64,000 bases of DNA from Octopus vulgaris (GCA_951406725.2 OX597823.1:65782001-65846000); one strand, 5' to 3'; shown: positions 26,198 through 41,968, counted from the first letter of the stretch. Notes: generated by a model from the letters alone, not told the origin. Program-made: numbers and translations.

Positions 26198-27819
26198 TTC
26201 GAACTAGTACATAGAGCTTGAACAGTGTGAATACAAAAGCTTCAAATAAAATAACCAAAAGGAAATGGAAATAAGAAAGAACATGTCCTCGAGAGGAAGC
26301 CAGCAAGCTCAATATATTAAATTCATACAATCTTCCAGCGTAGATCTTTGAAGTCGATAGGCAAAAGAGTGATCTATCAGTGGTCTAGGGAAATATTTAC
26401 GGGTTGTTTCTATATAAAGTGAGGAATCAGCATGTTTGAAAAGCTGTGATATGAAGTTATCACTAAAATAATACTAGAAAATTACTAACATGTCTAGAAA
26501 GAAAGCAGCATTCATTTTATCTTAAATAGGGCTATTTAATAATTGATCACATCAAAACCCTAGGAGTCTTATAGTAGCGTACTTACTGAAATATTGTGGT
26601 GTGACCAAACTCTATCCATCACTAAAATTGATCAATTATATTTCAACCAAGGGCAAAAGTCAAAACTGTATCAAGGGATATGTAAATAAAGCAGAAAACA
26701 AACCAGTGAATAAAGGATACGGGAAAGAAGGCTATTATATAAGTTGTAAGAGGCGGCTTATGACTTTCTACAACTTCTCAACATGACATAAATAAGGATA
26801 AATAAATAAATCGATAGATAAATATTGTCAGACAAAATGCTATAATAATTTGATGTTAAGTGGAAACAACTAGTACAGTATGTGCTTATGAATATAATAA
26901 GCTTCTAAAATAATGTTATATGTTACATCCTAGAAAGCAAATAAAATTTCAAGTGGCAGTAATAATGGATAAATAAGTAAATGTGCACACGTACCTAAGA
27001 CAATTCCACCTTATAAGTACACTAATGGGCAAAAATACAAAAGCACAAACATATAAACGATTAAAGTTAAGTCCATATCACATGTTAATTAATACCAAGA
27101 TTATAATTCCTATGTTCGAACGCAGTTTGCTAAAAATTGTTTAATATGTATTATGTTATCCTAAAAGTTAGATTGTAAATATCAATAAATTTAATAATTA
27201 TATTGACACTTACGTGGGGCTGCAGCCATAGAGGTCCACCAACATATTACACTTTCAGTCCTACATAATAAAACCAAGTTTACTCATATCTCATACGAAG
27301 TCAACTACTGTAATGTCCAAGAACAGACCCATACAATCTATAGTGGAGAAAGGTAAAACTGAGTTCAATAGAATAAAATAAATTCTACAGTGGGGTGATG
27401 TTGTTCCTAAGTGGGTAGGGCTATTATATTCTATTTTAATATGCTGGTAGAGCGGATTACAGCAAGTGCCAACAAGCACATCCATGGTGTAAAATGTACA
27501 GGAAAATAAAATAAAATAATGCAAAATAAATAAATAAATTAAATATTAAAAATTTGAATTCGTTATTGGGGGTCATATCATTGTAGGTGAATAATAATGT
27601 CCTCTGCATTCTCAAGTAAGCGCGTGATTGAAGTATCTGGCATTTGTAAAAGGGGTTAGTTATATTAAGGAGGAATGGCTTAATTAGTATAAGATGTAGG
27701 TAGTTGATATGGATGGGGATGGGACCTAAACTCCAAATTTGGGTAAAAGTGTAGGGATATTTTAATAAATACCGGCAAGGGCTCCGGTATTGCTACTAGC
27801 AAACTAGCTTTAATTAAGG

Positions 27820-27886
<67 letters not shown>

Positions 27887-28046
27887 ATGTGTGTAAGTGT
27901 GTGTGTGTGTGTGTGTGTGTGTCTGTGTGTGTGTGTGTGCAGGTGTGTGTGTGTGTGGATAGCCTACAAATTGCTATCATAGTAATTTGAAGGCTATGTT
28001 GTGGGGTTCTTGGTGCTATTTTAGGGTGGCATAAGGGTTTCTAATT

Positions 28047-28460
28047 TTATTTATATTTAGCGAAGGTAAACCTCACCTTGTGCAGACAAATCTAAGCTGC
28101 TCTCTTCTCTTAGGTTCAATAGTGAGTGTCGTGCTGCTAGAATGAAAAAAATTTCATTAATACAAAGATAACATTTTCTACTGTTTATATTGTACGAAGT
28201 TGCAGAGGCGAGGATTTCTCAAACTAACGTAAAGATAATATCGCTATCTTTGAGTTCCCAAATATACTTACTTAATCTAGTCGAGTTAATTCTATTTCTA
28301 TTTCTGAAAGATTGTTGATATGTGGATAGTCTACGTTTCATTTCAGTTTGGGTGGCTCCTATGTAAGTCCTTTTACTCAATTGTGTTCTGACGTAAATTA
28401 CGTCCTTAATTCTACAGTTATTTCCGAGGGCACATTTTCCCTATTCCTACAGTCACATAG
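28047..28460 (-). pseudogene. Penelope-like element GIY-YIG endonuclease remnant
   Basis: Minus strand CDCRNR...NNCRIKDVIY...TYIGATQTEMKRRL...NSTRLSKYIWELKD...RKCYLCINE...LLN...CLHKVRFTFAKYK*, with frameshifts and one stop. Confidence 0.88.
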
Positions 28461-30025
28461 ATTGTGCTGTGGGGGGTGGGGGTGGAATTGCTTTCTAGTG
28501 AGGTAGATCTCGGTCTGTTGATATTGATAGGGATTTATGGTTCTGAGTGTATTGTTTACTAAGTTTGGGGTGGGGTTTATTGTTTCTATTCCTACTATTA
28601 CCGCCGAAATTATTATTGTGTTTCTATTTAAATAGACACTGCTCGCTGCTGCGGTGTCGAACGTTTAACATAGAAAGTCCAAAACAATTTTTCTCGCTGA
28701 CACTAAGTAATGCGTCTTGCATAGCAACGATGTACATAACGTATGCACGATATACAGATGAATAAATATATGTGCGAGTGTGTGTGTATGCGTATGTATG
28801 CGTGTGTGCGAGAGAGTGCGTGCCTCTGTGTGTGTGTGTGTGTGTGTATGTGTGTGTGTGTGCATGTGTTGTTCATTATTAATGTAAGATATTTCATCAC
28901 CGCTCATCATAGTTCTATGCATATTTGTATCTGTACCTGTGGATATACCTATCTATAATATTGTATATATATATTCAGGCACACATACATATATATGTAT
29001 GTATGATTGTGTGTATATATATATATGTGTGTGTGTGTATGACTACATATACATGCACATATATACATATATATGTCTCTCTCTCTCCCCTTATATATAT
29101 ATATATATATATACCGAGAGAGAATGTGTGTTGAAGAAATACATGAATACGCCTCTCTGTGTGTGTACATATACAAATATGTATGTATGTGAGTATGTAT
29201 GTATGCATACATGGTGAAGTAATTACGTGTGAAAATGAGCGTATATATGATTCAATGCAAAACAATACGTTAATCTCCAGGCATTGAATCTTATTACATT
29301 CTGAAAGGGGATTATTTTCTCATTGAAAAATAATCTATAGCTAACTTTTTGTAACTGAATTTCCTTGCATATAATTTGATGGAATTGTGATTATCTCTTG
29401 AAATATGCTGAAAGTTAAAATGGATATTAATTTCTAAAGCTAAGCATGTCGTTTTCTTCCAATAGGACAGAGGACGTGATTCGATGTTTTAATTATCTCT
29501 TTAGTTCCGTGTTATCATTGACTAAGCACCTGTTGCTTCTTCAAGCTTTTTGTTGCCGATATCAAAATGCTGAGTACTTTACATAATATATATATATATT
29601 TTTTTAAAGTTTTATACATCTAAATGCATATAATTTGCATCGCCATATCGAGTAAAATCTATTCTTAAAATACATTGTTTCCTTGCTTTAGCACAACAAT
29701 CTTATATTCTGGGTGAAGCAGAATGAGTGCCTGGTGTATATATCTTCTTGTTCCCTGGGGATTAATGATATACATAAAGTAAATTCGTGCAGACCGAAAA
29801 AAGTATGTGGTACTAAAAATACAAAGTGAAATATTTTTGACCCATTTCACTTGTTAAACTTTTAAATCTAGGAGTACATAACAGTTAACACCCTGTACTT
29901 TTAGATAGTTCACGCATTATAGGGAATCTTCCGATTATAAATTCACTTATTAAATTATTTTCTGCAGTTTTTACAAATATTACAGCCAAACCTTCAAATA
30001 CATGCTACAACTAGGTACTAGCAAC

Positions 30026-30180
30026 TACGAGGAGGTTCTGGAAAGTTCCTGGCTTTGAGATTATCGCGGAACACCTGGGTGAATGCCCGACCTTTCGATT
30101 TCTTTTACAGGGCTTACGAAAACTGAAGGACAGATGTAATAAGTGTGTGAATCTGTGAGTGAAATATGTTGAATAAAATA
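30026..30180 (+). mobile_element. Internally deleted mariner element, cut by a SINE
   Basis: Begins TACGAGGAGGTTCTGGAAAGTTCCTGGCT (mariner-type TIR) and encodes FFLQGLRKLKDRCNKCVNL*VKYVE*, like the mariner C-terminus. Confidence 0.65.
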
Positions 30181-30182
30181 TT

Positions 30183-30331
30183 CTTTTCTATCTACCAAAT
30201 CCCCTCACAAGGCTTTGATCGGCCTGAGGCTATAGTAGAAGACACTTACCCAAGCTGCCACGCAGTGGGACTGAACCCGGAACGATGTGGTTCGTAACAT
30301 AGCTATTTACCACACAACCACTCCTACGCCT
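30183..30331 (-). mobile_element. SINE family 1 head
   Basis: Reverse complement of 18379-18520. Confidence 0.85.
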
Positions 30332-30897
30332 ATAAAACACCACTGCCCCGGGAGTAAAAATATTTTTGTTGATGAAGGGTTTACTTTGCGAATCAGCCGC
30401 GAAAGAGGGTTTTTCGTATGTCGGTTAGAATGTTTGTAATGCGTCGGATTCACATTTTTAACCTGGTTAAAGTTATTCTGTCTCTTATCATGTCAGTACT
30501 TCCGAAACTCTCTTTTCGAATGTGTCTTTATTACTTTGAGGGTGTAACAACATTTGGGTGTTATTGAATGCTTACAAGCAAAAATCTTTGTTTTTGCCCT
30601 ATACATGTATTTACCCAGTAGTTCAAGCAATGTATTTCCTGTTACTAAAATAGTGTTTTTGATCTTTTAGGCTAACAAGCGTTGTCTACCTATGCCAAAC
30701 CGACATTGATTTAGCAAGCTTTCCGATTTTTGTCAAACGCTGTATCAAAATTTAATAACCTATTTTGTCGAATCATTCTTCGTAGTATTGTAAGTTTGTG
30801 CAACTCCTCCCATTATTTCACAATGGAGATTCTCTTATATACGTTCAATTAAATATTAAAAATTGTTTTGTTCATTTTAACAGTCTGCAAATATAGC

Positions 30898-31335
30898 GCT
30901 CAAATTATGGCAGAAGGCCAACAATTTGGGGGTAAGGATTAAATCGATTACAACGGCTCCAGTGCTCCAATGGTACTTATTTTATCGACCTGAAGCCGAT
31001 GAAACATAAAGGCTACCTCGGCAGAAACTGAACACAAAAACGGACGAAATACTGCTAGGAATTTTACATGGCAGGTAAACGATTCTGTCAGCTTGCCGCC
31101 TTACAAACTATAAATTTCGATTTCAAATTTTGGTACAAAGTCAACAATTTCGGTGGGGTGAGGATAAGTCGGTTGCATCGACCCCAGTGCTCTACTGGTA
31201 CTTTTTAATCGACCTCCGAAAGGATGAAAGGCAAAGTCTACTTCAGCGGAATTTGAACTCAGAACATAAAGACGGACGAAATAGCGCTAAGCATTTGGCC
31301 CGGATGGTTTTTGATTCTGCCAGATCGCCGCCTTT
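30898..31335 (-). mobile_element. Two tandem copies of tRNA-SINE family 2
   Basis: About 30898-31101 and 31122-31335 align with each other and with the reverse complement of 38190-38400; B box GAGTTCAAATTCC on the minus strand. Confidence 0.8.
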
Positions 31336-32984
31336 TAGTCTATAAATATGACAAAGCGTTACATCCTTCATGAGATGGAAGACGCTTATATTTTTGACCT
31401 ACCTCACTCTAGATTTGTTCATCAAGTAACGTATCTCGACTAGATTAACCCACTGTATTGCATGAATAGATTTGTTCATTTCGGATATATTATATGCAAT
31501 GACAAACCCCACGCTTCAAACTATTGTAACTTAATGGGTGATATATAAAAAAAAAAATTCACATTGAGATTGCATTCTGTATTCATGGATTTTCTTTTTT
31601 CATTTTATTTTGTGGCTTAAAATTTAAATTTTGTAGTGAAATATTGCATAATCAATCACTCCGTTAAACTGTTACTGAGGCCTCGGTCGATCCTGATCGA
31701 AGAGTCTTATACATAATCAAGGGGTTACTAAATGCGACTTGTATGTATTTCCAACCGAGATATACATTATCTAATTTGTGTTTGTCTGGGCCGATGAGTG
31801 GGCATTTGAATGAGATATGGCTCTTGTTTCTCTAGTTTACTGGTCATATAAAGAATCATTTGTTGGTTCACATCACTCTGAGTTTTATTAAATCCATTCA
31901 TATGAACAACATGATAGTCATAATAGTCTCCTTGGGAATTTGAAATAAGAATTTAGTTGTTAAAATGAATGAAATTAAATGATGGCTTCAAATTTTGTCA
32001 CAGGAACCAATTTTTGACTGGTACTTATATTATCGACCTTGAAAGTATGCAAAGATGCGCTCAGAACGTAAGGGCGGACGAAAGGCCGTTAAGCACTTTG
32101 TCTGTCCTTACGTTCTGAGCAGAAATTCCGCCGAGTTCACGTTTGTTTCATGTTGATGAAGAATGCTGAATTAGAAATTAAGATTTATATATTTTTTCTA
32201 TTATCTAAAAGCACGTGGAGATTCCCCAAAGTTCCATAATTTTAACATCAAAGTAAAATGAAGTCACGAAGTATAACTATTTCCACATGAAATGTATATT
32301 TTAAATTTCATTGCATGTGAAGTAATTTTGTCGTTACTTACAACAAGACACACATACGCACATATACGTATGTATATTTGCATTTAAATTTATATGTTTG
32401 TCTCTTTGTCTTTTCATATATTGCCATGTAGATCCTCAGTGTTTATTGTGAATTTAAATAACAGACCTTAGAGTTCAGGTTCGGGTTCTCTGCCTGCTAT
32501 GCATGTTCAATTCAAGTTCTTTGATATTTTTGCGTGTAAAACCATTCGTTTATGATAGTATGTGTATAAACCCAATTATTTGACTGGAACATGCTGCTTA
32601 CAATTGCTTACGGAGTAAGAGAGAGGAGGGAGAGTGATTACTATGAGACGAGTGGGAGGGTAAGGGTTCTATTTTAGGGGAGAGAACCACTTCAGGAGTT
32701 TATATTTCTTCTTTATGTTAAGAAATATATTTTCTACGAGGAAAACAGCAACTATTTCTATATTTCCACGTAATTCATTTATTAGATATTCTAGTTGTTG
32801 TTGTGGATTGTGGTATTTCACCCTTTTTCGGGCTCTTCAGCAGGACATAAGTCGAGAACATGAAATTACTTACTTTATAGCTATTGAAAAAATTAAAATT
32901 TAAATGCAATCGCTTTTTTAAAATTTATTCTTCTTCTAACAATAGGGAAAATAAGGAAAGAGGTCAATATGAAGACAGAAAAAC

Positions 32985-33055
32985 CTCAGAGTAATATTAA
33001 AATTAAACATATATACGATCGACTTTCCAGTGTTTTCTTTTCTTTGAGAGAGAGA

Positions 33056-33098
<43 letters not shown>

Positions 33099-33242
33099 GG
33101 AGACAGAGGGAGAGACAGGAAGAGGGAAAGTCTGCTACTTGCCTAAGTCTCAGAGTAATATTAAAATGAAACATATATACGATCGATTTTCCAAATTTTT
33201 TCTTTTCTTCTTCTTCTTCTTCTTCTTCTTCTTCTTCTTCTT

Positions 33243-33283
<41 letters not shown>

Positions 33284-33332
33284 CATACAGAGACAGAGGG
33301 AGGGACAGGAAGACGGAAAGTCTACTACTTGC
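32985..33332. repeat. Local tandem duplication (unit about 165-185 bp) containing (GA)n
   Basis: CTCAGAGTAATATTAAAAT.AAACATATATACGATCGA...GGAAAGTCT.CTACTTGC occurs twice, starting about 32986 and 33149. Confidence 0.85.
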
Positions 33333-33604
33333 GTTTGTTGTTTGACTTATAATAATATATTGCTATATCTTTTTCCAGCACAGGGTTCCTTGTGTGTGTG
33401 ATGGTTTTTCAAGTAGTTACTTTTCACGCTTTCACTATACAGCACACACAAATCCCTATGTGTTATTTTCAGACGTGAATGAAGGATTTCTTCTTGCATT
33501 TCCTTGATTAATTCATCAACATTACGGTGTGTATTAAAACATATTAAAGTATATTTGTGTAAACCGAGGCAATCTTTTATTGTAACCAATGCTGAACCGT
33601 TGTG

Positions 33605-33691
<87 letters not shown>

Positions 33692-34116
33692 ACAGCAGCA
33701 GCAGAGACTTCAGTAGCTGCAACCCTAGTAGGAGGAGAGAAAAACGTAGGAGAGGTTTGTAAGTTGAACAACTGCGGGTGACGAAAATATATTAAAATAT
33801 CATGTGATTCTTCTCCCATCACAACATTTAAAACTATAAGGAAAACTAACCATGATCTAACATCAAGTGGTGCTATTATGTTTTCTCAACGAGAAAACTA
33901 AATTATCATAATCTACAACATTTAAGGAATATCAGTCTTCGAGATAAAATATTCATGTGGGATTATTTTGTCACGTACCGAAAAATTAATACAATGTTCA
34001 TATTGCATTCTCTCGCAGGCATGGATAATTGAAGATCATTAAATCCAAAACAAGTAATCTGATGCCGATTAAAACGATATGTAATTTCATGGGAATACTT
34101 TCAAATATGACTGACG

Positions 34117-34219
<103 letters not shown>

Positions 34220-34250
34220 TACACAAACACACACATATATATAGACTTAC

Positions 34251-34283
<33 letters not shown>

Positions 34284-34346
34284 TACATATTTACATACAT
34301 ATATATACACGTATATTTACTTATATATATATTTACACACACACAC

Positions 34347-34387
<41 letters not shown>

Positions 34388-37300
34388 TACATATGTATAT
34401 ATATATATTTACATATATACACATATATATAGTTACATATATGAACGAGAAACCCGGGTAACCCCATACACCGGCCCACCCCTCTATAATATTAACTGCA
34501 CTATATCTTAAAGCGTGCTTCTCCGGATTTATGTATTTGTACAAACGTTCCTATATATATATATATATCATATCATATCATATTAAATTAATATAAATGG
34601 GATGCTACAACGCTTCACCAAAAAGTAGAATTATAATTGTCACTAAATGTTTCTAGAGTGTGGGGAAACATCTACATTGCTAGAAATAAGAGTTAAAATG
34701 CTCTTGTTACCGCACATGCATGAACACATATACACAAACTGGGAGCTGATCGTTCGAAAAGCGCCGATCTAGAATTCTTAATACTGACTACAACAGGATG
34801 TGCACTACTGCAATTTGAGACTTTGAAGAAAAGTTCACTATATATATATGGATGAAGGTTGCTTATGATTGTAATTAAAATTGAAATTATTAATAAAAAA
34901 ATAAAATAATGAATAAATCACGAATAAATTTAAGCATATAGGAGTATCATTTAAAAATTGATACTACAAATAACTGTGTATTATGATAAATAAAAATTTT
35001 GAATTTTTCATAAAAGTATTAAAACTGCAAAAATTGAAGACTTCAGGAGTTAAATAAAATTATAAATACACAACTGGTAAAAAAACGAGGAACTTTAAAT
35101 TCAAAGATATTAGAAGATAAGTTAGAAAAAGATTTTTAATCTAAGAATTGAAAATTAAAAAGCTGAAATTAACATGAAAAATTAATTAAAAGATAAATGA
35201 ATTGAAAAAAAAAAAGCAAAAACTACAAACAATATTCAGCATCAAAATTTTAAAGTCTGAAGGTAAAAAATGAATTTGAATGAAAATAAATTTTAAAATA
35301 ATTCTCTTTAAACTTAACAATACAAATCTATGTGAAATTAGAACAATATGGTATAAAGTAACGCATAACATAATAAAATGATACAAAAAGTTCAAATTTA
35401 TATAAATATATATTCTGTATACTTAAATATGTCATGGTGTGTGGATGGGTAATAACCTCGTTCGAGATAATGCATTAATTACAACAAATCTTTAAAATTC
35501 TATAATCTTGTTTTAATTACTATTTACAATTGTATAAACGCTAGGCAGCTTTCCATCCAGTGCACAAAAGGGTGCGGTTTTGACGGAACATATCTACCCT
35601 GAAGTTTGCGTATATTTTCTTCAAGCGTAGTGTATAGGAATACATTATCCGATCTATCATTCCGAATTTATGAAAATAGAGTAGTATTTCTTAAATATTC
35701 ATCTGCTGATTCTAGCACTTACGTCGTTCCTGAAAAGACAGTTGGTTTGATTGACAGGTTTTGTAAGCCATGAAAGAGCAAACCCATGATAAAAAGATAG
35801 ACATTTCAAGCTCGAATGTCTAATAGTTTTAACAGCATGTTCATATCTATTATCTATGCTGGCGGAATGCAATTTGAGAGACATTTGTGTTTTATACTGT
35901 CGACCGCCCAAGAAACGAATCATTCTTTGGCTTATCTGATAATTTTTCAACCACATATAGGTAGAAACATTTTACGCAAGAAGGAGCATACTAAGGAAGA
36001 AATTCAATTCAAAAAGATTGCATAATGTGCAATCTCCAGATCTTGATGCGACTATATGACGTCGTTAATATTATTCAAACGGCTAAAATGTCATTATTAT
36101 GCAACAAAATTCGTTCAGTGTAATGAAAAGAAATCATTATAGTAGATTATGACTAATTGTATTTACCGATTAGCTTTTTTTAACGTTTAATAAATGAGAA
36201 AACAATTCATGTAATTCAGTCTCGTATAAAAAAATAATGATCCTCAATACAAATGATTACAATTAAAATGAATTAATTGAAGTCGCAAAACATACCAGTT
36301 GCCAAAATATAATAACTGATAACAAATATTATTTTTATAAATAGAAATAATTGTAAAAGAAGCTCCTTCAGGCTGAAATAGCATTTCTGCGAAATCTGTG
36401 AGATTACCAGTACGTAAAACATATAAAGTTTCTAATGCACATAACAAAAGAGTTATAAAATTAAATAATCATTTTGTAAAGTTGTTTGATAAATAGCTTA
36501 AAGACTTCTAGACCAAAAACAAATTATAGATAATTGATTAATCCTATTTAATTTTACAAAACGTGTATAGTTATGCAACAAAAATAGGTAACTTTAGCGC
36601 TGTAAAATGTAGGATATGAAATTTTATTATTGTTCTTATCTCTTGTTAACATGTTCCGAGATAACTGACAGATAATAATGAAAACTTTAGGAAACTTCTA
36701 GGTAAGAAAAAGGGAAGACGCCTGTTTAAGGAGTTCGGTTAACGATTCTAACATCGTGAGTTCAATTCTGGGCTGGTCAGGGCAATTTACCTTTAAGCAA
36801 GGTACTTCATCACCTTTTGCTTCTATTTACTCTAATGTGAACATTGGGGTATTAATAAAGTAACAGTCAGTTAATTATGCAATTCCATCTCTCTCGCTCT
36901 TTCTAACTATCATCTTTTCAATGTTCTGCCGAGAGCGTGTTTGTATTTCCCTGAGAGTGTGTAGGCTACTAAATCAATCAGAGAAAGCAAATGGCATTGG
37001 ATGCGAGTAAATCGAACATATTGGAAGGAAGAATAAATGCTTCAAGAAAAGATTGTTATACCGCAGATTATTGCTAATAAGCGTAGTAACAAAGATACAG
37101 CCCACCAAAGAACTAATACTCCAAAACAGTGAATTATTTGCACATGGAGTGAATTCCTATAGATTACATTCATCTGTAAGATCCGTGATCAATTACGGCA
37201 ACGAAATTCGCGTTATGGTATTTAATGTTGAAGGAAATATAACATAAGTACCTTGACTGCATATTATTGATATCTGAGAAGAAATCATTATCATATATTT

Positions 37301-38189
37301 GAATGACAAATCACCACTGAATGTGTCAACACTCTATGACAGCTGCAAGTATTCCTTTATAATCTTAATTGATATTGTACTTTGGGGTCTTGTTATCAGG
37401 GAAAACACAGAATTCTGGTTCTATCGAACGCTGTTTAACCCAACGGTACCAAACACAGAAGTGTTAATTAAGACTATCATCAGCCTCACTATTGGAGAAA
37501 TGAAAGGAAAGTAGAATGAAAATAAAATGAGAACTGAAAAGAAAACTGCGAAAGGTATACGTAAATGGTTTAAACGAAAGTCGTCCAAACGCAAAACCGT
37601 GCAAACCGAGTGCAAGTAAACAGAATGTAAACCGGGTGTCGAGTGTAAGCCAATGAACCGGTGCAGTTTCAAGCCTCTATTCCAATAGCGTCGTAGAACG
37701 CTAGGGGAATATTTGCAAGCATTTCATACTTTATGCAAATACTACATAAAATATACTTGTATAAACACACATACGTCGCTATTTTGATAACTGCAAAGTA
37801 TGTTAGCTAAATATGGCATTTCACTAATTTATTTCTAAATAGATAGAACACTTGCACGAAACAATATGAAATGCCTTTTGTTCATATATATACAATAATT
37901 AATCTAAATTTGGCACCAGGCTTATATCTTTATATACAACATATCTAAATCACATCCCGTAGGTTTATCATTCCCTGAACTTGCTTAGTTTATTCGCTTT
38001 CGGAGCGTAATATTTATACCATGTTGTTATTACTTCGTATTTTATTTAACACCGTCCAGTAAAAGTAAGATTCTGATTAATATGATTTGCGCATCAAGTT
38101 CGATTTCCATCTCTAGTAAGTTTTTAGTTTAATAAGGTAGATAATATATGACAGTCATTAGGCACTTTATAAATACGCTTCTATCTTTA

Positions 38190-38400
38190 GACAGCGAGCT
38201 GGCAGAATCATTAGCACGCCGAACAATATGCTTAGTGGCATTTCTTCCATCCTTACACTCTGAGTTCAAATTCCGCCGAAGTTCACTCTGCCTTTCACCC
38301 TTTTGATGTCGACGAAGAAACTAGCAGTTGATTTCTGAGGTCGATGTAATTGACTAGCCCATTTCGGCAAAACACCAGAACGAATGCCTAAAGTAGAAAG
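38190..38400 (+). mobile_element. tRNA-SINE family 2
   Basis: GCGAGCTGGCAGAATC (A box region), GAGTTCAAATTCCGCC (B box); matches the 31k copies. Confidence 0.8.
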
Positions 38401-39388
38401 GATACTAAGTATAGAATACCGAATTAAATACAACAACAGTATTTTGATTTGTCCTCCGATATACTGAAAATAAATAATATTGAAAAGGATCCCAGAAACA
38501 AAGCAACATGACAGGAACAAATAACTGTTGTTATTGATGTTGTTTCTAGTCCTGTAACAGCATCGAATAGATTTACGATCAAAGGCCTTCCTGCCATGAC
38601 TCTATCGGCGCTTTGCATATCAGAGACCACATTATTATGCAATATATCCTGCATTTAAAAGGGCAGGATGTGAGTTCAGGAAAACTTGGTTGTGCTTTTT
38701 TTGTTTTTTTATTTCAGGACATGTTCCATCAGAACTTTCCGTTTTATGATAAATTTGCAATAACTTTCAATAGATGTTGATGTCAGCTTTGTTAAGACTC
38801 AAATCCATTGTGATCGTGCAACTGAACAATCAAATATGTTCGTTTATTTTCAGCCTGTATATGCAGGTATATGTCAGTCATCATTTATATTGTAAAAGAG
38901 AAGATCTGTCATTAGAAAACGATTTTGCTATTTACTCCAGAAGGAGAAGTGATCACATAGATGCCTCTTTGGGTACATATGCGCTTCTATTCACATAGGA
39001 ACCTCTACTATTTCAAATTTCAATCTATCCTAGAAATGAAATGTTGAGAATATTGGGAATGAAAATATAAGTAAAAATTAATTGGCACTAGTTCATTGAC
39101 ATCATATAGATTCAGCAAATACCGAAACATATGAAGAAGAGGAAACTAATCTTCAAACAATACCTCAAAATGTTATCTGTGAAGTTTAATGTCAAGCAAT
39201 AGGAGAAATCATGTATATAGCAGGTACAAAAGAAAATGTATCATGTTTCATTATTAGTATAGTGTGATGTCTAAATTAAATACGTAATCATTAAATTACA
39301 CATGTTGCATATAAGAGATGGACTAAACAAGGTAAACTGTATGATGGTATATATATAGTCTTTATGTTCGCACGTATCTAATTTGAAA

Positions 39389-39535
<147 letters not shown>

Positions 39536-40526
39536 CTTATATACAGGTGTGCGTGTGTTTGTTTGTACGCCTGTGTGTGTTCGCGCATGTTTATGTATGT
39601 GAGTGTTTATGTATACATGTGTGTATTCAACCTATCCCTGAATGAATGTTTTCAACTATGTAGTGCAAACCTTAGCAAGAAAAAGAGCGTAATATCTAAT
39701 GATTGAGCTTCTCTTAATAGAAGCCAGTCTACACTGAGGTAGCACACTAGCCCATCTTGTCATTACATATCAAAGTACATTTAGAGACGATTAGGTAAAA
39801 CACGGACCTTATGCAACAGTTAAATTAACTGACGTCTCTTTTTTATAGAAGTGCATGTCATTATTCAGCACCCTATATAAATCTATAATAAAAAGAAAGA
39901 AGTTTGACTTCATTACATTATTTTCAGAGATTTTCAAAGCGGTATCACTCTCATAACTGACACGTTGCACAGCAACAACTTTCATCAGATTTCACTTTCA
40001 AGATCTCATAGTAGATGACGACGAATATTTTCGCCTCCTAATCTATTAGTAGATATTCTATTTCTTTGCCTTCTTTCCGGATTGGGTATACATTCAAAAT
40101 TCAAACGAAACACCAATTGAATGAATCCGCAGTCCGGGTATAGAATCTCTGTTTTTCAGAAACATAAATACTTATAGTGGTGAATAAACCAATACGTAAA
40201 AATACCAAACTATTCATAAGAATGCTGCTTTACCGTCTAGGTCACACTTTTCGAATTTACAGCATTGATTTTTCCACTGTATATTAAATTTCAACATTTC
40301 TCAAATATTTTATATGGTGGAATGTATCTGCAATGATACGTGTACAGAAGACTCTAGCACAACGCATGACAGAAGTGAAATAAATACATAATAATAGCTT
40401 AGAAAATGAAAAGGAAATTAATGAAATAAAACGTGAATTGAAATTTATTTTCCTTTATCCTTCTCTTATGTTAGCCTTTTGATGTTATAGAAATATAACT
40501 TTTAAAACATTTAAAACACACACTCT

Positions 40527-40619
<93 letters not shown>

Positions 40620-40767
40620 GTATTTATGTATGTATGTATGTATGTATGTATATAGCATCAAGTATATTCTACAACTAGAGAAATATTCACGTTGTGACTC
40701 ATATAGACGATAATGTATAGTATGCTAATACATATGATATCTTCTGTTTGACTGAAATGATACACAC

Positions 40768-40845
<78 letters not shown>

Positions 40846-41968
40846 TATGGACAAAAATTATTACATTATTTACTTTCATCTCAATACTTTCATTTTTATA
40901 AATACTGACGTCGAATCCATCATTCTGCAATAAGATGGTTTATAATATTAGTACTAATTACATACTAACGTATGTTATAAGGTCTGGTTTCGTCAAATAG
41001 ATTGAATGGAATCTGAAATCCTTTGATGTAAGCCTATACATCTTGCTTAAAATCACGAAGAATATTAACGTGTTAAAAATAGTGTATAGAGAATTATCTA
41101 CAAATCGAAACATCTTTTCTTTGGAAGGACTATGTAGGATATATGTGTGTCATCTTCAAAAAAATGCATTAGTAAGACAAAACTAATCTTGACACTTCAG
41201 ACGTCCTTCGTATCTGTTTTAATGTATTTTTTGCATGAATTTATTTTACATCAGGACTTTATGATATATTTTTAAGCCCACGCACACAATACAAACAAAC
41301 ACACACACAGGGACACACACACACAGGCACACATACACACAGGCACACACATACAGGCACACACACACACATACGCGCACACATACGCGCACACAGAAAC
41401 ACGCAACTGACAACTTGATATATTTAGTCACACACTGTCTTTAGTGTAAAATGGAATGCAGTAGGTTTTATTTATATTTTTGTATCATTTTGATGTGAAA
41501 CTTTTATCACACTTCTCAAACATACGTAACAATAGAAAATAGGTTTTAACTTAACTTTAATTCACAGGGGAAAAATCATATTTCGTTTCTTTCCCATTAA
41601 AATACTTTCTCACCTGCTTGACACATTCAAGAAAAAAGTTATTTGCTGAACCCACAATACAATCAACTCCGATAATTATAGTCTAGATTGGATGAAGAAG
41701 TGTTTCTACCGAGACACATGACCAAGGTTACATATGGGGTCGAAATTCGTAAGGATGCATTCCAGGCAATATGTTTTAGGAGGATAACTTTAAGTTTAAT
41801 GCAAACCTATTTCTTCGTGTACCAATCTAAAATGCACGCGCACACACATACACACACGTGCCCACATGCATATATATATATATATATACGCATACATACA
41901 CCATTTGATATAAAGTGAAATGTTGTGATCTTCGTCATCACCACATACCCAATTGCTATCATATATAC

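Noticed and set aside
32805-32846. Minus-strand CUGAAGA gccc-gaaaaa-gggu GAAAU hammerhead half
   Set aside because: Core and stem II are present, but there is no stem III/NUH or stem I partner; at best a relic
37053-37680. Possible host exon(s) in non-repetitive sequence (ag...gt around 37066-37217; Lys-rich stretch at 37530-37615)
   Set aside because: No recognisable protein family and a stop in the second stretch; needs RNA-seq
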